NCBI GenBank assembly: GCA_021851875.1
Contig: JAJZQI010000001.1
Location: 19,511 to 83,510 of the forward strand
DNA length: 64,000 nucleotides
From: Pseudomonadota bacterium
GTDB lineage: Bacteria > Pseudomonadota > Gammaproteobacteria > Burkholderiales > JAJZQI01
Direction of reading: 5' to 3'
Positions 46,656 through 57,577 of the stretch are shown here, piece after piece. The translations under genes and the position numbers were made by a program. Position 1 is the stretch's first letter. Each line of letters starts with the position of its first letter. The notes under the pieces are model-generated. The model made no database searches. It was given only the letters and a program-made list of their open reading frames with translations, and had not been told where the DNA came from.

Positions 46656-49394
46656 TTAGCCCAATTTGGCCAATTGGTCGTTCAGCTGCTCAAGAGTGGC
46701 GGTAAAAGCGGTCAGACGGCCTTTCTCCTGTTCCACCACGGCAGCCGGCGCCTTGTCGACGAAGCTGGGGTTGGTCAGCTTGCCGTTGGCCTTGGCGATC
46801 TCGCCGCTGATGCGGTCGATTTCCTTGCTGAGGCGCGCTCGCTCGGCATCCTTGTCGATTTCCACTTGCAGCATCAGCCGGCATTCGGCCGCCAGGGCCA
46901 TCGGGGCGTTGGCTTCCGGCAGGGTATCCACCACCTGTACCTCGGACAGCTTGGCCAGCGCCGCGATGTAGGGAGCGAATTCATTCAGCAGGGCCGTGTT
47001 GCCGCTGGCGAACAGCGGGACTTTCTGGGCCGGCGAGAGGCCCATTTCGGCGCGCAGGCCGCGGGTGGCGTTGACGATGGCTTTGAGGTTTTCCACCTGG
47101 CCTGCGGCAGCGGCGTCGAATTTGTCCGCCTGGGCCTGCGGGTAGGCCTGCAGCATGATGGTTTCACCCTGTCTGCCCGCCAGCGGAGCGACAATTTGCC
47201 ACAACTCTTCGGTAATGAAGGGAATCAGCGGGTGTGCCAGGCGCAGGGTGGCTTCCAGCACGCGCACCAGGGTGCGGCGGGTGCCGCGCTGGGCGGCTTC
47301 GTCGCCGGTTTGCAGTTGCACCTTGGCCAGCTCCACGTACCAGTCGCAGTATTCATCCCAGGCGAATTCGTACACAGTGCGGGCGGCCATGTCGAAGCGG
47401 TAGTGGGTAAACGCTTCTTCCATGGATTGCTCCGCTTCCTGCAGGCGGGTGATGATCCACTTGTCGGCGGCGGACAGGGTGGCCGGCAGGCTGTCGTCCA
47501 GCCCCACGTCCTTGCCTTCGCAGTTCATCAGCACGTAGCGGGTGGCGTTCCACAATTTGTTGCAGAAATTGCGGTAGCCGTCGCAACGCGACAGGTCGAA
47601 TTTGATGTCGCGGCCATGGGTGGCCAGCGAGGCAAAGGTAAAACGCAGTGCGTCGGTGCCAAAGGCCGGAATGCCGTCGGGGAAGTCTTTCTTCGTCTGC
47701 TTGGCGATGGATTCAGCCTGTTTCGGATTCATCAGGTTGCTGGTGCGCTTGGCCACCAGGTCATCCAGCGAAATGCCGTCGATCAGATCGAGCGGGTCGA
47801 GCACGTTGCCCTTGGATTTGGACATTTTCTGTCCATGCGCATCGCGCACCAGACCGGTCACGTACACGTCCTGGAACGGCACTTTATCAGTGAAATGCAG
47901 AGTCATCATGATCATGCGGGCAACCCAGAAGAAAATGATGTCGAAGCCGGTGACCAGCACGCTGCTGGGCAGGAAGGTGTTCAGTTCCGCCGTCTTGTCC
48001 GGCCAGCCCAGGGTGGAGAAGGGCCACAGGGCGGAGGAGAACCAGGTGTCGAGCACGTCGTCGTCCTGCTTGAGGACCTTGTCGCCGGCCTGTTTTTGCG
48101 CTTCTTCCTGGTTGCGGGCGACATAGATGTTGCCGTCCTCGTCGTACCAGGCGGGAATGCGGTGACCCCACCACAGCTGGCGGGAAATACACCAGTCCTG
48201 GATGTTGGTGAGCCACTGGTTGTAGGTGTTGGTCCAGTTTTCCGGCACAAAGCGCACCTCGCCGTCGGCCACGGCTTTGAGGGCACGGTTGGCCATGCCT
48301 TCCATGGCGACAAACCACTGGTCGGTCAGCATGGGCTCGATGACAGCGTGGGTGCGGTCGCCGCGCGGCACCATCAGTTTGTGCGGCTTGGCAGCCACCA
48401 GCAGCCCCTGGGCTTCGAGGTCCTGCAGCATTTTTTTGCGTGCGTCGTAGCGGTCCATGCCCTGATACTCGGCCGGGGCAATGTCGTTGATCTTGGCATC
48501 CAGCGTGAAAATGCTGATCGGCACCAGTTTGTGGCGCTGACCCACGGCGTAGTCGTTGAAGTCGTGTGCCGGGGTGATTTTGACGCAGCCGGTACCGAAA
48601 GCTGGGTCAACATACTCGTCGCCGATGATGGGAATGCTGCGCTCGGCCAGCGGCAGGCGCATCATTTTGCCGATCAGGTGCTTGTAACGCTCGTCTTCCG
48701 GGTGCACGGCTACAGCTACGTCACCGAGCAGGGTTTCCGGCCGGGTGGTGGCCACTTCCAGTTTGCCGCTGCCGTCTTCCAGCGGGTAGTGGATATGCCA
48801 CATGAAACCGTCTTCTTCCTCGGAAATCACTTCCAGGTCGGATACTGCGGTCATCAGCACCGGGTCCCAGTTCACCAGGCGCTTGCCGCGGTAAATCAGG
48901 CCCTGCTCGTAGAGGGTGACGAAAACCTGGGTCACGGCGCGGGACAGTCCTTCGTCCATGGTAAAACGTTCGCGTTGCCAGTCGCAGGAGGTACCCAGAC
49001 GGCGCATCTGGCGGGTGATGGTGGAGCCGGATTGTTCTTTCCACTCCCATACTTTGTCGAGAAACGCTTCGCGGCCGAGATCGTGGCGGGAAATGCCCTT
49101 CTGGTCGAGCTGGCGTTCCACCACGATTTGCGTGGCGATACCGGCGTGGTCGGTGCCGGGCTGCCACAGGGTGTTGTCGCCCTTCATGCGGTGGTAGCGG
49201 ATCAGGCAGTCCATCAGGGTGTGCTGGAAGCCGTGCCCCATGTGCAGGGTGCCGGTTACGTTGGGCGGCGGCAGCTGAATGCAGTAGGCGGGTTGCTCGC
49301 TGGCGGGCTGGGCGGCAAAGTAACCGGCCTGTTCCCATTGTTTGTACCAGCGCTGTTCAATGTCTTTGGGCTCGAAGCTTTTGGCGAGTTCCAT
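46656..49394 (-). CDS. valS: valyl-tRNA synthetase
   Basis: [13 protein letters not shown] (HIGH), KMSKSKGN (KMSKS), C-terminal coiled coil. 912 aa. Confidence 0.98.
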   Translation of the reverse strand: MELAKSFEPKDIEQRWYKQWEQAGYFAAQPASEQPAYCIQLPPPNVTGTLHMGHGFQHTLMDCLIRYHRMKGDNTLWQPGTDHAGIATQIVVERQLDQKGISRHDLGREAFLDKVWEWKEQSGSTITRQMRRLGTSCDWQRERFTMDEGLSRAVTQVFVTLYEQGLIYRGKRLVNWDPVLMTAVSDLEVISEEEDGFMWHIHYPLEDGSGKLEVATTRPETLLGDVAVAVHPEDERYKHLIGKMMRLPLAERSIPIIGDEYVDPAFGTGCVKITPAHDFNDYAVGQRHKLVPISIFTLDAKINDIAPAEYQGMDRYDARKKMLQDLEAQGLLVAAKPHKLMVPRGDRTHAVIEPMLTDQWFVAMEGMANRALKAVADGEVRFVPENWTNTYNQWLTNIQDWCISRQLWWGHRIPAWYDEDGNIYVARNQEEAQKQAGDKVLKQDDDVLDTWFSSALWPFSTLGWPDKTAELNTFLPSSVLVTGFDIIFFWVARMIMMTLHFTDKVPFQDVYVTGLVRDAHGQKMSKSKGNVLDPLDLIDGISLDDLVAKRTSNLMNPKQAESIAKQTKKDFPDGIPAFGTDALRFTFASLATHGRDIKFDLSRCDGYRNFCNKLWNATRYVLMNCEGKDVGLDDSLPATLSAADKWIITRLQEAEQSMEEAFTHYRFDMAARTVYEFAWDEYCDWYVELAKVQLQTGDEAAQRGTRRTLVRVLEATLRLAHPLIPFITEELWQIVAPLAGRQGETIMLQAYPQAQADKFDAAAAGQVENLKAIVNATRGLRAEMGLSPAQKVPLFASGNTALLNEFAPYIAALAKLSEVQVVDTLPEANAPMALAAECRLMLQVEIDKDAERARLSKEIDRISGEIAKANGKLTNPSFVDKAPAAVVEQEKGRLTAFTATLEQLNDQLAKLG

Positions 49395-49470
49395 GCGTGT
49401 TCGCTATAGTGAGGGGGGTTATACAAAACCCGTAATTATACCTGATCGTTATTGGGGGGCTTGAGCAAAA

Positions 49471-49845
49471 CTACCGACGTTTCTTTTGCAAGGCTTCCTG
49501 CAAGGCGTCTTCAATCAGTTGCGGCAGCAGTTCCTTGTACTGGGCTACCAGTTCGGCCGCTGCGATTTCGATGATTTCTGCCAGATGTTGCTGCAGCGAT
49601 TGCCGGATTTGCTCCAGTTGCTGCTGGCTCAAGCTGCTGGTGTTGCTGACGGGTTCCGGCAGGGCGAGTGGGGGTTCAGTGGGCCGGGACGCGGCGATGC
49701 CCTTGGCGATTTCGGTCAATACCGGAATGTTGGCGTGACTTGTCTTTTCGGTCAGCATGGGGGGGCTGTCCCGTTGCGGGTCGGCCGGCTGATGCCTGCG
49801 CATCAGCGCGTCCATTTTGCCCAGCACGTCGTTTTCGCTGCTCAT
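49471..49845 (-). CDS. hypothetical protein between holC and valS
   Basis: 4-nt overlap with the holC stop. Low-complexity middle and a helical acidic C-terminus. No family recognised. Confidence 0.45.
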   Translation of the reverse strand: MSSENDVLGKMDALMRRHQPADPQRDSPPMLTEKTSHANIPVLTEIAKGIAASRPTEPPLALPEPVSNTSSLSQQQLEQIRQSLQQHLAEIIEIAAAELVAQYKELLPQLIEDALQEALQKKRR

Positions 49846-50279
49846 CCTTTATTCGCTTTGAGTTGTTGCACGTTGTGCGCTTGCATCGGGTAGCCCCGGT
49901 CCTTATAGAATTTGTAGCGTTCCCTGCCGGCTGCGGCGTCCGCATCCTCCAGCGCGACAATTTCAATCAGCCGCTGGTAGCGGCTGAAGAACGGGGGTAT
50001 GTCGCGATGCAGATTGATGAGGATGTCGTCGTGGACGAAGCGCGCCGGATCATGGTTGATCAACACCGGCGTCCGATCCGCTAACGCTGCATCGGCCAGG
50101 CAGTGCGGCAGAAATCCCAGGGGCGGGTTCTGCCACAGGCTGCGATCAACGGTTTCGCTCAGCTGCGCATCGCCGGTATAGATGAACACCCGCTTGCCCT
50201 GCTGCAAGGCTTTGGCCGACAAACTGGCCAGAATCGCCATTTTGTCGGCCACGTGCGTGTAAAAATCGACTTGCGTCAA
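49842..50279 (-). CDS. holC: DNA polymerase III chi subunit (TTG start)
   Basis: The last 145 codons of track ORF 49842-50831 read (L/M)TQVDFYTHVADKMAILASLSAKALQQGKRVFIYTGD, typical of HolC. The TTG at 50279 overlaps the pepA TGA (TTGA). Confidence 0.8.
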   Translation of the reverse strand: MTQVDFYTHVADKMAILASLSAKALQQGKRVFIYTGDAQLSETVDRSLWQNPPLGFLPHCLADAALADRTPVLINHDPARFVHDDILINLHRDIPPFFSRYQRLIEIVALEDADAAAGRERYKFYKDRGYPMQAHNVQQLKANKG

Positions 50280-51787
50280 TGTTCGGCCGCCTTGCCTTTT
50301 GTCGCAGCCTGGTTCAGCAGGAAGCGCACCAGCAGGGGTACCGGACGGCCCGTAGCGCCCTTGTCCTTGCCGCTTTTCCAGGCTGTGCCGGCGATATCCA
50401 GATGCGCCCAGGAGTATTTCTTGGTGAAACGCGACAGGAAGCAGGCTGCCGTAATGGTGCCGCCGGAACGGCCGCCGATATTCTGCATGTCGGCGAATGG
50501 GCTCTTGAGCTGCTCCTGATAGTCGTCCCACAGCGGCAGTTGCCAGGCGCGGTCGTGCATTTCTTCGCCGGCGGTCAGAAGGTGGCGCGCCAGGGAGTCG
50601 TCGTTGGCCAGCAGCCCGGATGCGTGATGACCCAGGGCAATCACGCAAGCGCCCGTCAGCGTGGCGATATCCACCACCGCCTTGGGCTCGAAACGCTCGG
50701 CGTAGGTCAGCGCGTCGCACAGGATCAGCCGGCCTTCTGCGTCGGTGTTGAGGATTTCGATGGTCTGGCCGGACATGCTGGTGACAATGTCGCCCGGCTT
50801 GTTGGCGTTGCCGTCCGGCAGGTTCTCGCATGTCGGTATCAGGCCGACGACATTCAGTTTCGGTTGCAGGTTTTCCAGCGCGCGGAATGTTCCCAGCACG
50901 CTCGCCGCGCCGCCCATGTCGTATTTCATTTCATCCATTTCGGCCGCCGGTTTGAGCGAGATGCCGCCCGCATCGAAGGTAATGCCTTTGCCGACCAGAA
51001 CAATCGGTTTGTCGCTGGTCTTGCTGCCCTTGTATTGCAACACGATGAAGCGGGGCGGCTGACGGCTGCCCTTGGCAACGGACAGGAAAGAGCCCATACC
51101 CAGCTTCTCGATCGCCGGCTGGTCCATGACCTCAATCTCAAAACCGGCCCGCTTGGCCATTTCCGTGGCCTGTTCGGCCAGATAACTCGGGGTGCAGTAA
51201 TTGCCGGGCAGATTGCCCAGGTCGCGCGTCAGGTTCATGCCCTCGGCAATGGCCAGGCCCGTCGCCAGGCCATCTTCGCCTTCAGCCAGTTCGCCGCGGC
51301 GGTTGACGCACAAGGTCAGTCGCTTGAGCGAACGTTTGTTGTCGTCTTCCTTGGATTTGAGACGGTCGAATTTGTACAGCGCGTCCATGGAGACGATGAC
51401 GGCCTGCTCGATACGCCAGTTGACTTCGCGTTTCTTGACGGGCAGTTCGGTCAGATAGGAAACGGCATCGATCGAGCCGGTGGCCGACAGGGCTGCCGTC
51501 ATGGCGCGGATGGCATCGCGGTACTGCTTGTCGCCGAAGTCGCGCTCTTTGCCCAGACCAACCAGCAGAACGCGGTCGCTCAAGGTGTTGGGCACGCGCT
51601 GCAGTAGGAGAGTGCTGCCCAGGCTGCCGTCCATGTCGCCGCGCTTCAGCACTTCGGCAATGTAGCCTTCCGACGCGCGGTCCATTTGCACCGCTGCAAT
51701 CGACAGTTTGCGCGATTCATAGATGCCCACGACGACACAGGCTGAACGTTGTTTCTCAGGACTGCCGCTTTTTATGCTAAATTCCAC
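50276..51787 (-). CDS. pepA: leucyl aminopeptidase (M17)
   Basis: NTDAEGRLILCDAL signature and VGKGITFDAGGISLKP. Confidence 0.96.
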   Translation of the reverse strand: MEFSIKSGSPEKQRSACVVVGIYESRKLSIAAVQMDRASEGYIAEVLKRGDMDGSLGSTLLLQRVPNTLSDRVLLVGLGKERDFGDKQYRDAIRAMTAALSATGSIDAVSYLTELPVKKREVNWRIEQAVIVSMDALYKFDRLKSKEDDNKRSLKRLTLCVNRRGELAEGEDGLATGLAIAEGMNLTRDLGNLPGNYCTPSYLAEQATEMAKRAGFEIEVMDQPAIEKLGMGSFLSVAKGSRQPPRFIVLQYKGSKTSDKPIVLVGKGITFDAGGISLKPAAEMDEMKYDMGGAASVLGTFRALENLQPKLNVVGLIPTCENLPDGNANKPGDIVTSMSGQTIEILNTDAEGRLILCDALTYAERFEPKAVVDIATLTGACVIALGHHASGLLANDDSLARHLLTAGEEMHDRAWQLPLWDDYQEQLKSPFADMQNIGGRSGGTITAACFLSRFTKKYSWAHLDIAGTAWKSGKDKGATGRPVPLLVRFLLNQAATKGKAAEH

Positions 51788-52001
51788 TTTTGATTCTCTC
51801 CTGCTACTGTGGTTGCAAGTTCAGGCAAGCCGTTTTGGCGCGGGTTACGTTCAGCGGACGTACTGGCAGTAAAACATGGCTCTAGCTGTTTGCAATGTGT
51901 GATGATGTTAAGTGTGGCCGGTCCGGTGATTTGTAAATTCGCTGAAACTTTGGGCGGCACACGTTAAATTTTTACCTAGATCGAAAAATACTCAATTTTT
52001 C

Positions 52002-53084
52002 ATGCTTTATCAACGTTTTCTTCGGCGCGAACTGCTTGGCCACCTCGGGGCGGTGTTTACAGTTTTGCTGACCATTACAGCCACCACCTTCTTTGTCCGC
52101 CTGCTTGGGCAGGCGGCAAGCGGCAAAATCGCGCCCGACGGAATTTTGCTGTTTCTGGCATTTATCATTTTGAACAACCTGCCGGTGCTGCTTTCGGTCA
52201 GTTTGTTCGTCGGCATCATGATGACCTTCAATCGTTATTACCGCGACAGCGAAATGACTGTCTGGGCGGCGTCCGGTCTGGGTATCGCGGGGTGGGTGCG
52301 GCCGGTGATGAGCATTGTTGTGCCTACTGTGGTTGCGGTTGCTGTGCTCAGTTTTGTGCTGGTCCCCTGGTCGTATGAAAAAAACGATGAAATCAAGTCG
52401 AAATTTGAGAATCGGGATGATTTATCCAATGTGGCGCCCGGCGTGTTTCGTGAATCTCCCGAGCAGGACCGCGTTTATTTCGTCGAACATTACTTGTCGA
52501 ACCAACAGACCGTCGCCAACGTATTTTTGCAGAACTGGCAGGATGGCAGGCTGGGTATTGTTTCCGCCAGCGCAGGGCAGCTGGAGGCGGCTGGCAATGG
52601 CGATCGGTTTTTGGTTTTGCAGCAAGGCCGCCGCTATGAGGGGACAGCGGGACAAGCGGATTACAAGGTGATTGCGTTCGACCGCTATGGGGTCCGCGTG
52701 GAAACACATGAGGAAATCCTGCCGCCGCCGACCGTCAAGGCACTTTCGGTCGCGCAGTTGTTGGTGCAGCAGAGTCCCCAGCACATGGCTGAATTGATGT
52801 GGCGGATCAATTTGCCTTTGTCTGCCTTGATGCTGGGTCTGCTGGCCATCCCGCTCGGCTATGTCAATATTCGGGCAACGCGCTCGCTCAACCTGTTCTT
52901 CGGCGTACTGGCCTACATGGTTTACAGCAATCTGATGAGCGTCATGCAGGCCTGGATCGCGAAACAGCAGGTGGAGCCCCTGGTGGCCATGCTGGCCTTG
53001 CACGGATCGATGCTCTTGTTGGCGCTGCTGCTGTATCTGCGGCGCATCTACAGCCATGTGCGCTTATGGAGACTGCGCTGGTGA
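52002..53084 (+). CDS. lptF: LPS export ABC permease LptF
   Basis: YjgP/YjgQ family, 360 aa, divergent from pepA and followed by lptG (conserved arrangement). Confidence 0.88.
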   Translation: MLYQRFLRRELLGHLGAVFTVLLTITATTFFVRLLGQAASGKIAPDGILLFLAFIILNNLPVLLSVSLFVGIMMTFNRYYRDSEMTVWAASGLGIAGWVRPVMSIVVPTVVAVAVLSFVLVPWSYEKNDEIKSKFENRDDLSNVAPGVFRESPEQDRVYFVEHYLSNQQTVANVFLQNWQDGRLGIVSASAGQLEAAGNGDRFLVLQQGRRYEGTAGQADYKVIAFDRYGVRVETHEEILPPPTVKALSVAQLLVQQSPQHMAELMWRINLPLSALMLGLLAIPLGYVNIRATRSLNLFFGVLAYMVYSNLMSVMQAWIAKQQVEPLVAMLALHGSMLLLALLLYLRRIYSHVRLWRLRW

Positions 53085-53089
53085 AACAG

Positions 53090-54166
53090 ATGAATCGCTA
53101 CCTGTCGCGCGAGATCATGCAGGGCATTTTCTTCACCTTGATCAGCCTGCTGTTGCTGTTCAGCTTTTTCGATGTCATCAATCAGCTGGACGATGTCGGC
53201 AAGGGCAGCTATACGCTCGGCAAAGTCTTTCTGTACGTATTGCTCAACGCGCCCAGTCACATCTATGAGCTGTTTCCCGTTGCCGCCTTGATCGGCTCGA
53301 TTGTCGCCCTGGCGGGCTTGGCCTCGCGTTCGGAAATTACCGCCATGCGGGTGGCCGGGCTGGCGCCGAGAAACTTCGCTGTTGTGCTGGTCGGGATCGG
53401 TCTGGCCTTGGCCCTGCTGACTCTGGTGCTGGGCGAATTGATTGTGCCGGTCACCGGGCGCAGCGCCGAGCAGATGCGCCTGAAGGCAACCAATAGCGTC
53501 GTGTCGCAGGAATTCCGCTCCGGCATCTGGCTGAAAGACGACAACAGCTTCGTCAATATCCGTGAAGTCATGCCGGATGCTTCTTTGGCGGGTATCAAAA
53601 TCTATTCTTTCGACCAGGCGCACCATTTGCGCGAGATTACCTATGCGGATCGTGGCTCGCACTTGTCCAGCGGCCGCTGGCAGCTGGAGCACGTCAGCCA
53701 GACGCAATTCGATCTGGCGGGCAAGGTGCAGGTGTCCCAGCTGGACAAAGCGATATGGGTGTCAGTGCTTAACCCGGATATTCTTTCGGTCGTGTCAGCG
53801 ACGCCGGAACAGATGACCGCATGGAATTTGGCTAAATATGTTGAGCATTTGCGGCTGAACGGGCAGAAAACCACGCGTTATGAAATTGCCCTGTGGGTCA
53901 AGCTGATTTACCCCTTGGGTATCGTCGTGATGCTGCTGCTGGCCTTGCCCTTTGCTTTTCAGCAGGTTAGGGCTGGGGGAATGGGCGCGCGGGTATTTCT
54001 GGGCATTATGGTGGGCTTGGGCGTATTCCTGTTCAATCGGCTTTTTTCCCACATGGGGCTGATCTACGGCTGGTCGCCAATCTTGAGTGCAGTTATGCCG
54101 ACACTTATCCTATTTTTGCTTGCATTGTTATTAATTCTTCGCCAATCAGGTGGAAGAATGATGTAA
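53090..54166 (+). CDS. lptG: LPS export ABC permease LptG
   Basis: Trimmed to MNRYLSREIMQGIFFTLISLL at 53090. The track ORF start at 52799 lies inside lptF. Confidence 0.88.
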   Translation: MNRYLSREIMQGIFFTLISLLLLFSFFDVINQLDDVGKGSYTLGKVFLYVLLNAPSHIYELFPVAALIGSIVALAGLASRSEITAMRVAGLAPRNFAVVLVGIGLALALLTLVLGELIVPVTGRSAEQMRLKATNSVVSQEFRSGIWLKDDNSFVNIREVMPDASLAGIKIYSFDQAHHLREITYADRGSHLSSGRWQLEHVSQTQFDLAGKVQVSQLDKAIWVSVLNPDILSVVSATPEQMTAWNLAKYVEHLRLNGQKTTRYEIALWVKLIYPLGIVVMLLLALPFAFQQVRAGGMGARVFLGIMVGLGVFLFNRLFSHMGLIYGWSPILSAVMPTLILFLLALLLILRQSGGRMM

Positions 54167-54331
54167 TCAAGTGGTGTAAATGCAACACTTGATCTTGCGG
54201 GCATGGTCCAAGTGAACTAGTCGGCTTGCGCAAAAACGATGTTGGTGTATGATAGGTCTGCAAAATAAAAATAATAATTTAATAAAAACTTCAAAATTCC
54301 CTATACAACAATCCCATCGCGGAGGATATCA

Positions 54332-55732
54332 ATGAAGCTGAAGAAAATCGTCAGTGCGGTTCTGCTCGCCACTGCTCCTGTTGCCGCATTTGCAACCAAT
54401 GGTATGAACCTGGAAGGTTATGGTCCGGTCGCCACCGCTATGGGCGGCGCATCCATGGCTTACGACAACGGCGCTGCAGCCATGATGAATAACCCGGCAA
54501 CCCTGGGCTTGATGTCTGAAGGCAGCGGCATCGGCGTGGCACTGGGCTTTTTGGGCCCGGACGTTTCCACCACTGTTCCGGTATCTTCCGGCGGTAGCGG
54601 TACGGCTGCGAAATCCGGTGGTAACGCATATTACATGCCGGCAATCGGTTATGTTACCAAGACTGGTCAACTGACTTACGGCGTGGGCGTGTATTCCCAG
54701 GGCGGCATGGGTACCGAATACAGCTCAACCAGCGATCTGGCATTGGGCACCAACCAGAATGTGCGCTCAGAAGTGGGCGTGGGGCGTCTGATTTTCCCGT
54801 TGGCCTATAACGTCAACGACAAGCTGACCGTCGGTGGTTCTATCGACTGGGTTTGGGCGACGATGGACATCAAAATGGCTGCCACCGCGCAACAGTTTAT
54901 GGCGATGGCAACCAATATGTCTTCTGGTATGTACTCCACCATGGGTACCCTGATGAGCAGCTATGGCGCGAATACCTTCCGCCTGGATTTTTCCGACAAC
55001 AACGACTTTAGTGGTGCAGCCAAAGGCACCGGTTTCGCCGGCAAACTGGGCCTGACCTATAAAATCAGCCCGGTCCTGACCATTGGTGCGACTTACCACT
55101 CCAAGACCGATTTGGGTGATATGGAGACCAGCACCAGCGGTGCAGCCTTCTCTGCGTACAATAGCGGCGCTTCGCTGGGCCCGGCAGTGACTGGCAAAAT
55201 CACCATTCACAACTTCCAATGGCCGGAAACCTATGGTCTGGGTATGTCCTACCAGGTTAACGATGCCTGGATGGTGGCGGCTGACTACAAGCGCATCAAC
55301 TGGTCTAGCGTCATGAAAGACTTCAAGATGACCTATACCACCTCCAACCTGGGTACCGGCGCCACCGAATATGCCGATTTCAAGATCAACCAGAACTGGA
55401 GTGATCAGGATGTGTTCGAGATCGGTGCATCCTATAAGTACAGTGATGCGCTGACCCTGCGTTTCGGTGCGAACATCGCCAACAACCCGGTACCGAACGA
55501 CCAGGTGAACCCGCTGTTCCCCGCCATTGAGAAAAACCACATCACCGCCGGTTTCGGTTACCGTCTGAGCAAGCAAAGCGGTATCGACTTCTCCGTGACC
55601 CATGCGCAGCGCGTAACTGTGACGGGTAGCGGTGTAACGGGCGCTGCGGGCAGTGGCGATATGGGTAACTATGGCACCACCATTACCCACTCCCAGACCA
55701 ACTGGCAAATCCAGTACGGTTATCGCTGGTAA
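54332..55732 (+). CDS. outer-membrane transport protein, OMPP1/FadL/TodX family
   Basis: Signal peptide ending AAFA. NGMNLEGYGPVATAMGGASMA N-terminal hatch motif. Barrel ending WQIQYGYRW. Confidence 0.85.
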   Translation: MKLKKIVSAVLLATAPVAAFATNGMNLEGYGPVATAMGGASMAYDNGAAAMMNNPATLGLMSEGSGIGVALGFLGPDVSTTVPVSSGGSGTAAKSGGNAYYMPAIGYVTKTGQLTYGVGVYSQGGMGTEYSSTSDLALGTNQNVRSEVGVGRLIFPLAYNVNDKLTVGGSIDWVWATMDIKMAATAQQFMAMATNMSSGMYSTMGTLMSSYGANTFRLDFSDNNDFSGAAKGTGFAGKLGLTYKISPVLTIGATYHSKTDLGDMETSTSGAAFSAYNSGASLGPAVTGKITIHNFQWPETYGLGMSYQVNDAWMVAADYKRINWSSVMKDFKMTYTTSNLGTGATEYADFKINQNWSDQDVFEIGASYKYSDALTLRFGANIANNPVPNDQVNPLFPAIEKNHITAGFGYRLSKQSGIDFSVTHAQRVTVTGSGVTGAAGSGDMGNYGTTITHSQTNWQIQYGYRW

Positions 55733-55755
55733 TCAGTTAGACCGCAGCGATCTTT

Positions 55756-55783
55756 AAGGGCGGAGTTTCCGCCCTTTTTATTT
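55756..55783 (+). terminator. rho-independent terminator
   Basis: AAGGGCGGagtttCCGCCCTTTTTATTT, 24 nt after the stop. Confidence 0.85.
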
Positions 55784-55843
55784 GCATAAAAAAACAAGAA
55801 TATCAGAATAAGACAATCAGCTTGCGCACATTCGCGAGATGAC

Positions 55844-56220
55844 ATGAAACTGACGAATAAATTAGCCATTGCAGTGCAGTTGGCGTGACTGCCCAGCGTT
55901 GCTCCTTGAAAATGGCCGTGGTGCAGCATCCGATTTCGCCGCAATGGCGGGTGGCGCATGCGGCATTATCTTGTCTGGCAGCGCCATGGCTCGTCTTGGC
56001 GGGTGCCGGAATGTGTGCCGCCCGGATTTTTCCGATAACAGCGATTTCAGCGGCAAGGCATTCGGTTCCGGTTTCGCCGGTAAACCGGACTTGCTATCTA
56101 AGGTCAGTCCGGCTCCCAGCCTGGGTCTCTGACTTACCATTCCAAGACTTCTCCGGGTGATCTGGAAACCCGCGATGGCGGCGCTTCAGCGTCTGCGGCA
56201 AAGCGAGTGTGCCGGATTTT
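55844..56220 (+). pseudogene. decayed, internally deleted paralogue of the upstream FadL-family gene
   Basis: MKLTNKLAIAVQLA* start. Frame-shifted matches to the NLEGYGPVATAMGGAS region (ENGRGAASDFAAMAGGA) and to the DFSDNNDFSGAAKGTGFAGKLGLTYKISPVLTIGATYHSKTDLGD region (DFSDNSDFSGKAFGSGFAGKPDLLSKVSPAPSLGL*LTIPRL). About 430 bp of intervening sequence is missing. Confidence 0.8.
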
Positions 56221-56357
56221 GCCTATTTCTGTTTTTGGCAGGCTTTGTATCGAATTGTATTTGAAGAAGCCCCCGAGGTCGGGCTAGAATCAGGGTTAAT
56301 TCGGGTGTGGCTGTACGCCCTGAACCAGCACAACACAGAACAAAAGCAGGGAGAGCA

Positions 56358-57551
56358 ATGGATCTGACTCCATATTTCAAATACATGGCCGAACGTAAAG
56401 CGTCGGACTTGTTCATTTCTGCCGGCGCGCCGGTTTATATCAAGATCGAAGGCGAGTTGAAGGCGGCAAACAAGCAGCCGCTGACGGCCGCCCAGGCAAA
56501 AGAGGCCATTTACGCGCTGATGACGGAAGCGCACAGGGCTGAATTTGAACGCGAACAGGAACTCAATTTCGGCTTTTCCGTACAGGATCTGGGGCGGTTC
56601 CGTGTCAACGTGTTTTATCAGCGCGGCAGTGTGGCGCTGGTGGTGCGATTCATTCAGAATGATGTGCCATCGATCGAAGCGCTTCATCTTCCGCCGGTAC
56701 TGGGCGATCTGGCGCTGGAAAAACGCGGTCTCGTGCTGGTGGTGGGCGCCACCGGTTCGGGCAAATCGACGACACTGGCCTCGATGCTCAATTACCGCAA
56801 TACCCATCGTGCCGGCCATATTCTGACCGTAGAAGACCCGATTGAGTACGTACACAAACACAAGCGTTCCATCGTCAATCAGCGTGAAGTCGGCGTGGAC
56901 ACCAAGTCATTTAACAATGCCTTGGTGAATGCCATGCGCGAAGCCCCCGATGTGCTGATGATCGGCGAGATCCGCGATGAAAACAGCATGCGCCAGGCCA
57001 TGATCTATACCCAGACAGGACATTTGTGCCTGGCGACGTTGCATGCCAATAACGCCTACCATGCGCTGACGCGCATTGTCAGCTTCTTCCCGCCCGAGTC
57101 GCGCGAACACCATCTGCATGATTTGTCCGTCAGCCTGAAGGCCATTATTTCCCAGCGTCTGGTGCGCGGCCTTGATGGCAAACGCATCGCGGCAACGGAG
57201 ATTCTGCAGAATTCCTTGCACATTGCCGAATTGATCATCAAGCAGGATGTCGATGCCATCAAGGAGGCCATGGAGCGTTCCATGGTGGATGGAACCCAGA
57301 CTTTCGAACAGGCGCTCTATTATCTTTATAAATCGGGCAAAATCAGCCTGGACGAGGCGCTGGGCAATGCCGATTCGCGGACCAACCTGGAGTGGCTGAT
57401 CAAGAATACCGGCAAAGATAACAAAACGATGGAAACGGTCATGCGCAATGCGGGAGAGGGGCAGGGTCGCAATAGCTTCGAGAACATTACCATCATGCCG
57501 GAAATGCTCGACCAGGGGCGGCCGAGCCAAATCAAGGACAGCGAACAGTAA
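56358..57551 (+). CDS. pilU: type IV pilus retraction ATPase, PilU/PilT family
   Basis: Trimmed to MDLTPYFKYMAERKASDLFISAGAP at 56358. Walker A GATGSGKSTT, and Asp/His boxes (VLMIGEIRD, TGHLCLATLHAN). 397 aa favours PilU. Confidence 0.85.
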   Translation: MDLTPYFKYMAERKASDLFISAGAPVYIKIEGELKAANKQPLTAAQAKEAIYALMTEAHRAEFEREQELNFGFSVQDLGRFRVNVFYQRGSVALVVRFIQNDVPSIEALHLPPVLGDLALEKRGLVLVVGATGSGKSTTLASMLNYRNTHRAGHILTVEDPIEYVHKHKRSIVNQREVGVDTKSFNNALVNAMREAPDVLMIGEIRDENSMRQAMIYTQTGHLCLATLHANNAYHALTRIVSFFPPESREHHLHDLSVSLKAIISQRLVRGLDGKRIAATEILQNSLHIAELIIKQDVDAIKEAMERSMVDGTQTFEQALYYLYKSGKISLDEALGNADSRTNLEWLIKNTGKDNKTMETVMRNAGEGQGRNSFENITIMPEMLDQGRPSQIKDSEQ

Positions 57552-57577
57552 TTTGTCTTCGCGGGCCAGGCGGACAA

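Noticed and set aside
46629-49409. 926-aa plus-strand ORF
   Set aside because: It is exactly antisense to valS, which has unambiguous HIGH/KMSKS motifs. The translation is low-complexity (G/A/V/R/Q-rich) and typical of stop-free antisense frames in GC-rich DNA.
49842-50831. 329-aa ORF taken at face value
   Set aside because: The first ~184 codons overlap pepA on the same strand in another frame and are Arg/Pro/Gly-rich. Only the C-terminal 145 codons (holC) are credible.
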